From Sarea resinae (Eukaryota): DNA of 64,000 nt. The stretch is taken from positions 1-64,000 of the forward strand of contig JAPEUD010000043.1 of NCBI GenBank assembly GCA_026026165.1. Direction: 5' to 3'. Positions 63,277 through 64,000 of this stretch are shown here, piece after piece. A program made the position numbers and the translations under genes. Numbering within the stretch: the first letter of the stretch is position 1; every line of letters begins with the position of its first letter. The notes beneath the pieces are model-generated. The model saw only the letters and a program-made list of their open reading frames with translations. It made no database searches and was not told where the DNA came from.

Positions 63277-64000
63277 ATCCGTACAAGTCCGCCCGATTGT
63301 CTGAAAAATGGCATTTGTGGAACGGCGTCTTTCCAAGATGGATGGCATGATCCGTGACTTTTTTTCCTCCGGGGGTCTTATGCCTCAAGTCTTTTCCTTG
63401 TGATGTACTTTAATTGCCTACTAGTTGAGCTCTTTCATGTTTTCGTCTTTAGGGTGCGACGGGTTGTTCTATCCTACTTATGTCCTCCGACGGCTTGGTA
63501 TCGTTACAAAGGGTTTGAAGATTGGCGGTGGATGGTCGGACAGTATGCTCCGGGCTATTGAGGTCTCAGAATGAGTTAATGGATGCGAAGGCCGAGGCTT
63601 TCGTAGCCTAGGTTGCTATCAAGAAGGATTTCCTACTACCTACTTAGTATGCTAGCATGCAATGATCAATTTACCTCAGCTGAGACGATGTGTTACCCAC
63701 CTCATTCGTGTTCTTGTAAGCTGAGTTGATCCCCCAAGATTCAGGTGATGGTGCATGTGCAAAGTATATATGATACGAGGCGAAGACGGAGGGGAGTCAG
63801 AAGTCACGAGCCATACTCTCTCTCCAGAAGCATCAGGAGTGTCTTTTCCTTGCTCTCTCCCACCCTTCTGCCCTCCCCCTTGATCATCCGTCGCAAGTTA
63901 GCTGAGGTGGGTAAGGTAAGTATCTTGGGTACCGTAATCATTACTCTAGAAGACGCTCACGGCATATGTCTGCAGCCACTACAATAAGCTACGGAGGTAA

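Overview
Left end of a chromosome of a filamentous ascomycete (Pezizomycotina-type introns, CCCTAA telomere, RIP-type mutation). 1-126 is 21 telomeric repeats. 127-~11000 is AT-rich, TpA-rich RIP-degraded DNA that still translates by hand once C>T/G>A changes are allowed. It holds a minus-strand Ty3/Gypsy retrotransposon (gag zinc knuckle, protease, RT) cut off by the telomere at the end of RT. Nested in it is a complete 7.5-kb hAT DNA transposon (2759-10307; imperfect TIRs, exact 8-bp TSD TTCTAAAC). The hAT carries its transposase, an unidentified multi-exon cargo gene and a divergently oriented, intron-containing histone H3-like gene with an expanded tail. It also has a central inverted repeat and 13 copies of a GGTAAC-N7-GGTAAC motif, mostly in predicted introns. 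From ~11.4 kb the window is ordinary gene-rich DNA: DHA1 MFS transporter, APP1, aldA, a PLD-family gene, uve1, adh1, a gp1-like hypothetical, an SDR, RPL26, a large AT-hook/C2H2 protein, TMA46, OST4, SBA1, VPS24 and YRA1. All translations and reconstructions of pre-RIP sequence were done by eye; exon boundaries and relic ends are approximate.
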